Shown: positions 27,328-39,302 of the stretch, one piece after another
Layout of the letters: every line of letters begins with the position of its first letter
Numbering within the stretch: the stretch's first letter is position 1
Source: Paraspadella gotoi
Lineage: Eukaryota; Animalia; Chaetognatha
DNA: 64,000 bases
Assembly: GCA_051294375.1 (NCBI GenBank)
Contig: CM119266.1
Span: forward strand, 4,710,573 to 4,774,572
Direction of reading: 5' to 3'
Notes under the pieces: model-generated
Told to the model about the DNA's origin: nothing
Seen by the model: the letters and a program-made list of their open reading frames with translations, nothing else
The model's database searches: none
Translations under genes and position numbers: made by a program

Positions 27328-30300
27328 TCACAGCTTGGATTTGATCAGTTTTTCTTCCTTGACGTCTTTTCCTGAAAAAGGAGTTTTGTGACTAAACAAT
27401 CGAACATATAAATTTAAACTGAAGATTAAAATGTATAATTCTTACTCATTATGTCAACATAAGCTCCAATGATCACGTTTTGGTTCATTTCTTTGCAAGA
27501 AGTTTCGAAATGAACGCGAGTCATTCCTTGATTCATCTGAAAGGCAAATTTTATCGAAGCTCAGAAACTGCAAGAAAATAATTCGCGTAATAAGAAAAAT
27601 AAATTTGCAAGAGAGCAGTTTCCGTCATTCCGAATTCCATTGGCACCTGTTCTTTCCACATTCTCGTGACTAGAGTTTGACCGGGATAAAAGGGTTTGCT
27701 GAATCTCGCTCTCACGTCGCCAACGAAATGCGTCTCGTCATTGGCGAACGTTTTGATCACGTGACGAAGAGAAAAGGCGAAGCTGAAAGGAGAAATCACG
27801 TGGTTATCGATAACTGTCTCTCTCTCTATCTTAATTCCCTACCTGCATAATCCGTGCAGAATGGGGCGATTAAAACCAAGAACGGCGGCGGCCGTGGAAT
27901 CAACATGAAGTGGGTTAGAGTCGCCGCTGAGTCGATAGAGGGCGGCCTGTCCCGACGGAACCCTCTCTTCAACGACGGCGTCGGGCGTCGACGAAGGCTT
28001 CGGAAAAGGTTTCTGTTTTTTTTTTTCAGAGGGAGTGAGTGAAAAGATCTCTTTTAACCAATCTCCTTTTCGTATTTGTTTGTATGTCTGTCTCTCTCTT
28101 TTCGTCTCTATCTCTCTCGTCACTAAATCCCCGACCCCTCACCGGCAAAACTTCCGAGTCCCGCCTTCCACCGAATCCTCCGTAACCGACGGCGAAGATG
28201 ACGAATTGTCCGGTCGTCACGAGTCGATCCCTTTCGTCGAAAGTGTCCACGCGGAGGACGATGACCGCGCCGGAGCCTGGGGAGATTAAATAGGGGGGAG
28301 AATAGTGAGGAGAGGAAAGGGAAAAAAAGAGGAAAAAGAGATGAGGAGAGAAGAAAAATGAAAGAAAAAACGATTTTTTTTAAAAATTCACAACTCCACA
28401 GCAAGCTTTATCAAGTTCATCCACAACCCCATATCACCTTTATCAAGCACGTCTTCCACAACTCCTTCGTTCCTAACGACGCCGCTGATAGGAAAAGGCG
28501 CCTTGTTCACGATCCTCTGTTCTCCGTGAAGGATCCTGTAAGGATCGACTCCGGCGTCGGTCAGTCTGTCCATCAGTTGACGCAACATGTGAATCTGTGG
28601 CACGACGGAAAAGGAAGGGAAGGCGGCGAAGGAGTCCGAATTCTCGTACAAAAACCTTTAATTTAAGAAAAAGTGAAACAAATTGTAAAATTTATATTTT
28701 TTGTTAAAAACAAGTATTTTTAAATGATTTTTCAAAAGCCGCCATAACCGAGTTCGGCGAAAGTAAAATTTAGCCGGTAAAATTTTACTTTCTATATTTA
28801 GTAAGAAAAGACGATATGCGGTAATTCTGTCTTTTTTTGGGACACCTTCGTCTTTAACACTCGATGTTAACCTATGCGGATATTTCATCTTTCTCATACG
28901 AATACCAACTCCATCGTCACCTAAATTCGTCAGCGTCATCCAACTTGGCTCCGACTCCGAGTGCATAAAGAATCAAATCTTTCGAGTCGATTTGGAATTT
29001 CGTCGCTTCAAATTTTATGCCTTTGAGGTCGGAGAGAGTTGACGAGGAATTGGACGAGGCGTTGGCGTCGGCGTTGTCTTCGGGTGATGAGCTTTCCGAA
29101 GACTTTTCCAACATGGGCATCAAGCGGGCTTGGAAAAAAACAAAAAACAGGACCGTAGTTAGATTCAATCATGTTTCCTTCTTTCTTTCAGTCATTCTTT
29201 TTATCTATCGTTATTTAGCTTTTAATTCATCTTTTTTCTCTTTAAATTTTTTCTCATTCTTTCAATCATGTTTTTTTTATTTCATTCATTCCTTTTATTT
29301 CTTTTCTCTTTTATATTGTCTCCATCACTCTTATACATTTTTTGATACATCTTATCTTTCTTTTTTTCTTTTTCCTCCTCTCTTTTATTCATCCATAGTT
29401 TGAAGGAAGATAGTTGCGATGTGGGAGAAGAATGTCAAACCTGTCGCCTCGTGAATGCTCCCCACATTGAGGGCGTTGGTGTAATCGTTTATCTCATCCC
29501 ATCTCCGCTTCACGTCTTCCGCGGAGAAAGATCTCCCGACGCCGTCGGCCAAAACGACGCCGGGACTTTGCTGCAGTCGAACGGCGCCGGCCCAACCGCC
29601 GCCGACTTCGAAGATGGCGCCGGTGACGTCGCAAGTGTCGTGGCAGAGGAAGGAGACGAGCGGGGAGACGAGTTCGGGCTGAGAGGGGGGGGGAATGAGG
29701 AGAGAGGAGATATGACAGAGAGAGAGAAAGACGAGAGAGACATAAAGAGAGAAAAAAGAGAGAGAGAATAAGAGATAGACAGAAAGAAAGAGGGAGGGGA
29801 GAGAAAACTAGAATTCTATTTCTATTTGGACCTAAAGTTTAGGCACAATTAGAACATTAGGCCATAAAAAGTTGAAAAAATAGGGGGAAGGGAAGGAGGG
29901 AGAGAGACAGAGTGGCGACAGACGCGGGAGACCGACGAGAAAAAGACAGGAGAGAGAGAGAGACACCTTGATAACGCTCAAAATCTCCTCGGGCATCAAG
30001 TTTTCCGTCATTCTCGAAGCGGCGATGGGAGCGATTGTGTTCACGTTGATGTTGTACTTGGCGCCTTCTATGGCCAAACTATTGGCGAGACCCAACTGCG
30101 CCATCTTCGCCGCAGAGTAATTGGCTTGACCGCGGTTGCCATAGAGACCGGACGCGCTGGCTGAGAGTCGAAGCGAATGCGGGTTCTTTCACTCGTTTTA
30201 TCTAGCTATTTATCAATAAGTGATTAATAATCCCTCTAACCAGTCATAACGATCCTTCCGTAATTCTGTTTCATCATCACCGTCCACGCGGCCTTCGTCG

Positions 30301-31137
30301 TCCGCCACACCCCCTTCACGTGCACAGCCTGCACGCGCTCCCAATCTTCGTCGCTCATCCGCCCGAAGGTTCGGTCCCTCAGGATGCCCGCGTTGTTGAC
30401 GAGAACGTCGAGGCGGCCGAAAACGCCGAGGGCCGTGTCGACGATGGCGGCGCCGTCCTCGACCGAATTGTAATCGGCGACGGCCTGGGATGAGAGGGAG
30501 CTCCTCAATTTAATTTGCACATTTTCGTGTTTGGATTATGAATTAAGAACTTATATTAACTATAAGGTTTTGTTTTTTTTTTCCGTTGGAAAATAATTAT
30601 GTTCGTTTGTGGTTCAATTAACAGATGAATATTTAATAATCCAATAATCATGATATCTCAAGTATACTTTCAATCTAACTGGCTACGTCTATTACCAAGG
30701 CAGTTAATAAATCTTCTTAAAATGTAAATTCATCTTTACCCTCTGTATTCTGTAATATAAAAATCGTCAAATATCAAAATAAAAATTTGTTTTGACCCTG
30801 ATTCAAGACATGCTTGCTATTACAAAATACTAACACAAAAAGAATACAATCAAGACCCGCGCCGACTAATTTTCTTTACTCCTTGTCATCAATGCTGTGG
30901 AACAAGAGTTTTCCTCACCCTTCCTCCGGCGCGTTTAATCTCGTCCACGACGCCGTCCGCCGGCGACGAGGATTTCCCTTCTCCGCCGGCGCCCCCGCCC
31001 AAATCGTTGACGACGACCATGGCGCCCCTTGAGGCGAATTCCAACGCGTGGGCGCGGCCGAGACCTCCCCCGGCGCCCGTCACCACCACCACGCGTCCGT
31101 CGAAACCGAGCAACGCCTTCATGGCCGCGTTACGCAT
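27328..31137 (-). CDS. HSD17B4: Peroxisomal multifunctional enzyme type 2 (SDR dehydrogenase + hydratase 2), ending in PTS1 -SKL
   Basis: [21 protein letters not shown]; VNNAGILRD; [13 protein letters not shown]; LYALGVGA; [11 protein letters not shown]; ILHGLC; last exon splices to [14 protein letters not shown]. Confidence 0.93.
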
Positions 31138-31551
31138 CGCGAGTTTTCAGCGAGAGGATCGAGGACTCGTGGTCCGAATTATCATTATACCTGAGCTAAG
31201 AGTTTGTTTTTTTGAGTGAAGAAAAAAAGGATGCAACGGACAAAAGTACATCTATGTATATTCGCTTTTTAAAAATAATAATATTGACTAAGAAATCACT
31301 CGAATGAGATTTAATAATAAGCGATTCGGGGAATGTAGGAAGAGATGACAAAACGAAAAATGACAAAACAAATTTTAAGGTCGAATCGGTCGGGTCAATT
31401 ATTTTTTTGAAGCTTTTTTGTTTTTAGTACTGAATCGTGAAAACAACGTTGACCTTTTTTTGAAATTTTAATAAAAACGAATAAAGATTTCATCACTTTA
31501 TGAACTGTTTGTTTTGTTTAGTGTTTATTACTTCAAGCGAGAGTTTCCAAC

Positions 31552-34500
31552 TCATTTTCTCTTCGTTTCGGCGATGGAGGCCAGCAGTCGGTTGCCCGAC
31601 AAAAAGAGCACGACCGACAAAGCGCCGAGGTACTTGAGCGTCGCGAACATGTCCAAGCACGTCCAGTAGAGGTACATCAACAGCAAGACTCCTCCCAAAG
31701 TCCCGTGGAACAAAAGGACGTGGATGATGCTAAGAAGAAATCAAAATTATATAAAAATGGGATATCAAACTATTCATTCAATAAACAAGGTATCTTGTCT
31801 CCTAATACAGCAAGACCCTGAAAACTTTTCAACTGGAGTCAAGTTTTTAAGATAATGTCATATGATGTTAAATATTTATTATATCGTTATCTTCTTTTCT
31901 CCATACTTTCTCCCCGAAAGTCCGTCGACGTTGGCGCCGAGCTTTGCCCAGACGATAAGCAGCAGCAGCAGCGGCAGGACGACGAGGGAGGTGAAGGTGA
32001 GAGAGACGGAGCGCGGCGGCCGCTTCTCCGGAACGCGGAACAAGTGGGAGATCTCGGGCTTCTCGACGTACTGGAGGAGAAGAAAGGAAATTAATTGATA
32101 TAATATGTAAGAGAATTGAAGAGTAGAATCGGAGAGAAAAAGTGGGCGCGCCTGAACGAACCTGATTGGCGTGGTCGGTCGTCGGTGTCGGCTCGCCCTG
32201 AAAAGACAGGCGCATCTCGACCAATTCCCAAGCGACGGGGTTGGCGATTAAAGTATCGCCGATTATTAGGGACATCGAATATTTGCCTGAATGAAGAAAA
32301 AGATGACAATTGGTGTCATAAAAATATCTTAGCTATTGTCGTGTCATGTCTAGCCAGGTCAGCGATGACATTCAAACCATGGACTCACCCGAGTGACTCG
32401 CGAATTCCTTGGCCGAAGCGCCGACGTCCATGTCGAACTTGTAGACGCCGCTGCCTGATTCGACGTCGGCGACGAAAAAGACGTCTTTGCCTGTCTCGCG
32501 GTGAGACAGGCGGACGAAAGCCTGATATGTAAAAAGGGAGATATAGTTTAAAACTGGGGAAAAGTATATTGAAAATAAGACAGAAAAAATGTATCTAGAA
32601 ACTTTCATTTGTGTGGGGAAAAAACTATTTTACACTTAATGGCAGTTTTGAGAAGGTCAGCCAGTTTGGAGATAAACTCCTAATAAGTAAAGTCATAATT
32701 AATTATTCACATAATAACTCAAACTACTGAACGATATAAACAAACATCATAAAACCAAAAAACAGGTCAAATAAAAAAACAGAACAAACTCATGACACTC
32801 GGAATAATTTACTACTACATGCAAATGAGATCGATGTAATAAAAATAATGACCTGATGAACGAGCAGCGAATCAGAGGAAGGATCGTTGACGTCCTTGAG
32901 CGAAAACTTCATTATGACTTTTTGTTGGGAATCGACCTCCAGCATCGTGGGAACCTTTTTAATCCAATCATCGATTACATTTATCCATGTTATCCAAAAA
33001 ATGTCTCATGTCTAAAGACGAAAGGGATTTCTCACTTTGTTTGGGTATTGGACGCGCGTGGTCTTGGGAGCCACGGACTGATCTCGATCCGCGATTCCGA
33101 TCTCAACGTTTTCCACGCTGACTTCGGTTATGACCTTGAAATGGAATCAAGGTCAAAATATGAGATTGTAAACATTTTTTAAAAAGAAAATTAGAAGAGA
33201 AGGGGGGCAAAAACAAAACAATGATATATTCATTAAATTAATTTTAAAATATTTTTTTTATTAACTAACTGTATAAATAAAATAAAATAATATTTAACTT
33301 GTGGCGGATTCCGCAAAGTGGCTTCGCCACAAACTATACTCTTTTTAATCTAGTTAAAACTAACTAAACAATAAATCATGTAACTTTGGATATTCTCACC
33401 GTGAGGTCAACGAGGGCGCCCTTGTTCCCGATGAGCAGCACGCCCTCTTTCGGCTCTTTTGCTTCGACGGAGACGGTGAGGACGTAGAAGCCTCGTTTGG
33501 CGTCGTCGCCGGCGGAGGAGAAGTCCAGCTCGTAGAGAGTCTCGTCGGAGGTCGAGGACATTGAGATCTGGAGGAGGGAGAGGAAGACAAACGCTTCAGA
33601 ATCTCTCTCTCTCTCTCTCTCTTCTACGTAAATCGCAATCTTACGGCGCCAACGATGGTGCGGCGTCTCCCTTTTTGACGAGCGAATCGGCGACGACCCT
33701 GACGTCGCCCAGTGACGCCCCCATGAGGTCGGTGGCGCTGACGACGACGCGACGGTTGGAGGTCGGGATGGCGACGGGAGAAAAGCGACGAACCACAACG
33801 GTTTCATAAAACTGTCGGGGGGGGGAAGGAGGGGCAAGAAAAACGTTTCAAGTGAAAGAGAGGACAGAATGGGGAGTCAATCTTTAAGAGAGTGGCTTGT
33901 CCTCACACTTAACAACATCTTATAGTGATATGAGTAGTTTATTATTAGTAGTATTACTATTATTAGTGTATTAGTAGTATTATTAGTGATATAAGGTGAC
34001 TCCAAGTTGACGGTATTGGTGGAGTAATTGTAAAGCAAGAGTAAACCCCGAAAAAGAAAACAACAACAACAACTTACAATACAAAACTCTTAAATCCTCA
34101 CTCGTTGGAATTGAGCGTCTTAATGACGGCGACCATCCAGGCGGCGCTCTTCACGTGGTGGACGTTCTTTCGGCTGACGAAATAGTTGACCATCTTGACG
34201 ACCTTGTCCGCCGGAGCGACCGAGTCGGCGCCGGCGACTGAGGCGAGACGAAAGGCTCCGTCGACGACGACGGCAGAGGTGTAGAGGCCGCCTTCGAACT
34301 GCAGGAGTCGCCCGTCCACTTCGTCCGCTTGTTCCATCGCGTCTTCGATGCGGTCGTAAAAGCGCTTCACGTCTTGCGAGGCTGAAGGATTGAGAGAAGG
34401 CGTCGTTTAAATCTTAATCCGTTCACATTCAAATCTAAATCTTAATTCACCTCCGACGGAGGCGGCGACGTGAAATCCATATCCCATCGCCAGGATGCCG

Positions 34501-36427
34501 TCGTCCTTCTTCAGCAGCGCCGACAGCGCCGACAACGCCGAGGCGCCGTCGAACTTGCGGCCGAGAGACGTGGCGGCGCTGACGGCGTGGAACAGAGCGG
34601 TCACAGTCGACGGAGAAGTAATGGAGTCGGAGAGAAGCGACGCCGCCGAGTCGGAGATGTCGAGTTGACAACGAAGCATCGAAGCTGCGAAGAGAGAGAG
34701 AGAGAAAGTGTCCAATTAGGTATTTCAACCTTCGCATCGCATCCACCAACCTGCGCTGGCGGCGTGGTAGATGGACTCCAAGTTATCCTGACTCAGTTGA
34801 GATTTAATTCGCCCGCAGACGGCGTCCTTTGCTTCCACGGCGGCGCCTAGAGTATGAAGACCTTTGACGGCATGATGCAAGGTGGCGCCGTCCGACGCAG
34901 AGTCGAGGGCGGACTTGAGAGAGTAAACGGAATATATAAAAAACGCTATTAAACTGCAAATGAGAAATACTGCGGCGTAAAAAAAAGAAGACGCTATGTA
35001 TTTTTAAATACACCATTATTTCTTTTTTAAATTTGAGAAAATATATATAAAAAGTATAGCTCTTTTAAAGAGCTGTTGATTGGTGCAAGAAAAATTTGAA
35101 TTGGTTCAGGCAGAAGAATATAGCAAGATTTTAAAGTCAGAGTCTCAAAACAGAATTAGGAAAAAATGATTTCCAAAGGTTAATATTGATGACACTTCTT
35201 TTTCTGACTGATGTTTACAATATAGAATTAACAAAATCGTAATGGAATTAAACATATAAAAGGGTTAGCAATAAATTTTGTTACTTTTTTATAAAAATAT
35301 TTTTTAATTGCTGCCAAATATAGCATTTTAATACTAAATATTGTATTAAACCTTTCTTTTTGTTGTTTGTTTTAGATTTAAGTGAAACAAAATTTTCGTG
35401 AAACAACAATTTAATTTTATTTTAAATAAAATTGGACACATTTCGGCTCAGATTTTGAGCCTTCATCAGCATTTAAAAACCACAAATAATTTTAAAAACA
35501 ATCAATTTTTAAAAAATTATATCAAAATTAAAATAATTTTATAATGAAAAAAAATAATTTTAATATAATTGTAAGAATTTATATTAGTCTGCTTTAATAC
35601 GAGATGCATAAGGACAAAAATTTTAATCTGAAAAAGCTTTGAAATTAACCTTGGGTAAGTTATCACTCGACTGCTTTTTTTTTTCAAAGATTGTTTTTTT
35701 TTCTATATAGTTTTCATACTTATTTTGAAACTGGTTGACACCTATCCTTACAGATATTTATTGCTGAATTTGTTCAGCTAATTTCATATTATAAACATAT
35801 TATAATAAAAAAAAATTAAAGATTCTTCACGATTAAAATTAATTTATTCTCGTCAGATGTTTTGTACCAATCGACTTTGACGTCCTATAACTTTCTGACG
35901 CTTTGATCGATTTTAATTGGACCTAGACCAATCGCTTTATCTTTCAATAAGCTTTGTTTTATGTTTCTATATCTTAGTAAAATGCATCCATCCAATATAG
36001 TTTTTTCGGTGTGAAAGAAGTGTCTTCTTTTTTTTTGCGCCGCAGTGTATAATAATCTCTATTCGAATTAACCATAAATTACTCTGTTAAACCCTTACTA
36101 TGAAATTGGTACAACCAATATAAAAATTATTCATTTTTTCAATAAACTAGTTGTTTTTACCCGTGACTTTGGACAGGGCTATGCTTGGTAAAGGGCTAAG
36201 CTTGGTAAAGGTCTTCATCCCTCTAACAAGACATTAAAGTATTAGGACCCTGTTTTCCCAATTTAATAAGTAATTAAGTATCAAATCAATTATTAATTTA
36301 AACAAACCTTGAATATCCCGATGAGGCGACTCTGATCGGCGGACGTGAGAAAAGAAGTCGTCGTCACTCCAGTCGTCGTCGTTGTTAACAACGACAACGC
36401 GACGAGTCCAACGAGTAACTCTCTCAT
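31552..36427 (-). CDS. RPN2: Oligosaccharyltransferase subunit ribophorin II
   Basis: Signal peptide MRELLVGLVALSLL; IEDAMEQADEVDGRLLQFEGGLYTS; QAFVRL; LIIGDTLIANPVAW; PEISHLFRVPEKRPP; C-terminal TMs ending LLASIAETKRK*. Confidence 0.92.
34968..36047. mobile_element. Non-autonomous TIR (Tc1/mariner-like) element in RPN2 intron 1
   Basis: ~28-bp imperfect terminal inverted repeats TACTGCGGCGTAAAAAAAAGAAGACGCT (34968-34995) and AGTGTCTTCTTTTTTTTTGCGCCGCAGTG (36019-36047); TA follows the right end; very AT-rich non-coding interior. Confidence 0.65.
35432..35472 (-). ncRNA. Minimal type I hammerhead ribozyme-like motif
   Basis: Minus strand reads CUGAUGA-A-GGCUCA-aaauc-UGAGCC-GAAA-UGU-GUC: core boxes plus a 6-bp stem II; stems I and III minimal. 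Confidence 0.6.
36099..36136 (-). repeat. Member of a second dispersed ~40-bp repeat family
   Basis: Reverse complement nearly identical to 1245-1280 (ATAATTTTTATATTGGTTGTACCAATTTCATA); diverged copy at 22712-22751. Confidence 0.75.
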
Positions 36428-37693
36428 TTTAATGTCCTTTTAATTAAGTCCAAAAAAGTTAACTAATTTTGTTTTTTTAAAAAAGAGAAGATTCTCCCTG
36501 AAATCGTTCAAGGTTATCAAAAAACTATCATAAAATTTTAAATTTGTCGACCTATCGGCTTTTTTTGTTTATTATAACGAAGTAAAAAAGAAAAACTTTT
36601 CCAACTCTGGACTACAATAAATGAAACGGTTTTTAACGGGCGCAATGCTAGGTCTCGAGAAGGCTTATGGTGTAAGTATAACAGCGGACTAGTGCTAATA
36701 TCGAGAGATAGATCGAAGTTTAAAGGCGATGAGAAAAGTTTTAAGGAGGAACCAAGTTTTCTCTTTCTTCCGTCAAGAGAAAAAAAAAGTCGGTTTTTTA
36801 GTTGCGCCGCGAGTACTCGTGGAGCAACTCTATAAGCCACTTTTCGGTCGGTCAGTCTTAACTTGCCTATAGTTTGTTACTCATTTGTTAAAAATCAAAT
36901 CTAAGCAACTACTGGCGCCTTTTGTTTTTAAAGAAATCTTAAAAACTATAAAAAATAAATGACATAAGTAAAAAGAAAAGTAATGCACCTTGGAATAACC
37001 GTTCCTTGATTTTTAAAGAAAGTTCGACTATTTTTCTCAGAAAATAAAAACTTGGCGGGTTATAGTCAGATAGAGATCGATTCATAATTTCATTGTACAA
37101 ATGACCCATAGGAAAACTAAGAAGTACGTTATGTGAGTAACTACTAAGTTTAAAGATTGCCAAAACGAAAAGCAGACCAGTGCTCTTTCTTTCTCTCTCA
37201 AGGTGCACAGGGAACTGAAAAAGTTTTCAGGGTGAGATTTCAAATTTGGGAATCCCATTTTTTTTTTAAAAACCAAGTCCAAGAAGAGATTTATCAAAAT
37301 TATTTTTTTTTTTTAGTCGAAGGCGTCACAAACTAAGGTCACAAATATTTTAAACGGTATGAAGACACTTTTCGGAAAATACGACCAAAAAAAAAAACAA
37401 ACCAAAGAAATTCGTCAAACAAATAACAAGATACTCGCAAATTCGATATACATGTATATTTTTAAGAATCTGTATGGCTGACGTCATTTTTCAGGCACAA
37501 GCGGGTATAAAATTTAAAAAAAGGGGGGAAATTAAGAATAAACTAGAAGCCTTTATTGGCTAAACGTCATTTCGAAAGCGTTTGTTATCCCTCGCAATGA
37601 AACAACCCCATTTCCCAAACTAATTTCAACAACCACCGAAAAAAAAGGTCTAACGACGATTATGTTTAAATGGCGCGCGTAGCGGCGCCGGGT

Positions 37694-39268
37694 TCAGTCG
37701 AGGTCGAGGCCGGCGCCAACGACGCCGGCTGTGGCTGCGGCGGTGGGACGAGCGGCGCCGGCGGAGTTGGGGCGTCGAACGAGGATTCTCGTGAAGGAGG
37801 AAGGCAACGCGGAGGTGGACGGCGAGGAGGAAGACGACGAGGGAGCGACGCCGAGCGCGCCGGTCACGTGACCGCCCTTGAAATTAGTCCCACGTGAGGT
37901 ATATATAACTACGAATATGACAGTGATAATAATGTAAATTACCGTGGCTGTCAGCTGAGAAAGGTTATTGACGGCTGCGCGAAGGGCGAGCGTCGCTGCG
38001 TCGGCCTCGTCGTCTGATTCGGCCGAGGCGCCTTCGTTATCCGCAACAAATCCATTTCTATATTTTATTTAATTCATTTAATAACATTCTAATCTCATCT
38101 TAATTCATTTATACGAAACGAAACGGTTGAGACGCAATGCAAAAACAAAAAAACCGACTTCATTTAATAGGGAAGCAGACAAACGCAACTTCTCAAGACT
38201 CAGATTTGTAACCTTAAGTCGCGTTTCCATCCCCTCCCTCCAAATTAATTCTCGATTTTAAAACCAAAAACCGGCGGCGAGAAATTCTGTGGTAGGTACG
38301 AACCTCGTATTTCCTTGATTGGCTTTCTTGGCGGCGCATTCCTGCACCAGCGCCGCCAGTTCCTTGGGACTGAAACCCAAAAGGGTTTTAAGGTCGCATA
38401 CAAATTTGTACACGAATCTGAAAGCGTTTTACTTCATTATGTAATCGTTACGCTCTTTTAAATTTAAGAAAAGCAGCCTTTACTTACCGTTTCCCTTGGA
38501 CTTTGGTGATCATGTCACCGTCGTAATAGTAACGCAGCGCGCGAGAAAGTTTGTCGTAGTTCATCGTCGGTTTATTCTTTCGTTGTCCCCACATTTGGGC
38601 CACGAGCTCGGGATTGTGAAGTTTGAACTCTCCCTCTTCACCAACCCAGTGAATCGCGTCGCTGAAAATCATAAATGAAAATCACAATTCCAAAGGATGA
38701 CGGATAAATGACAAATGATAAATGACAAATGACAAGTCCATCATCGAACTAACCTGCACGAATAGTCCGTCAACAGCTCGAGAAGAAATTGCCAGAGTTG
38801 AATCTGCCCGTTGTTAGTGGGGTTGGCGCCGTTGTTGGCGCGAACCGGAAGTCGTGGTTCGTCGCCGATGATTTGAGGCGAGACGGAGGGAACCTCGGCC
38901 ACCTTGTTGTTGTTGTTGTGGATGTCGTTGTATAGAGAGGAAGAGAAGGAAGAAGGGATTTGGACGGGAGAATCACTGTTTAACGTCTGCGGCCGCGAGG
39001 GACGAACGCGTACTGGAAAGATGGAAAAAGAGTTAAGGATTAATGATTGAAGATTTAGGATTAATGGTTAAGGATTAATGCTTAAGGATTAATGCTATTG
39101 TGTATAAACTTTCTTTTTCGTTGCGTTTTGAATTTAGAGAAAAGTAATTTTTGAATTGTTTATCAACGAATTATATTTGGACAATTTAGTCGGACATGTT
39201 TCGACTCTGCAGTTAGAGTCTTCATCAGCGTTTTGACAATCAACAAGTTTTCTCTTTTAACATTAGGT

Positions 39269-39302
<34 letters not shown>

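Noticed and set aside
32793-32830. Other CTGATGA occurrences (also near 16952, 50877 and 58497) as hammerheads
   Set aside because: No stem II followed by GAAA and a cleavage triplet
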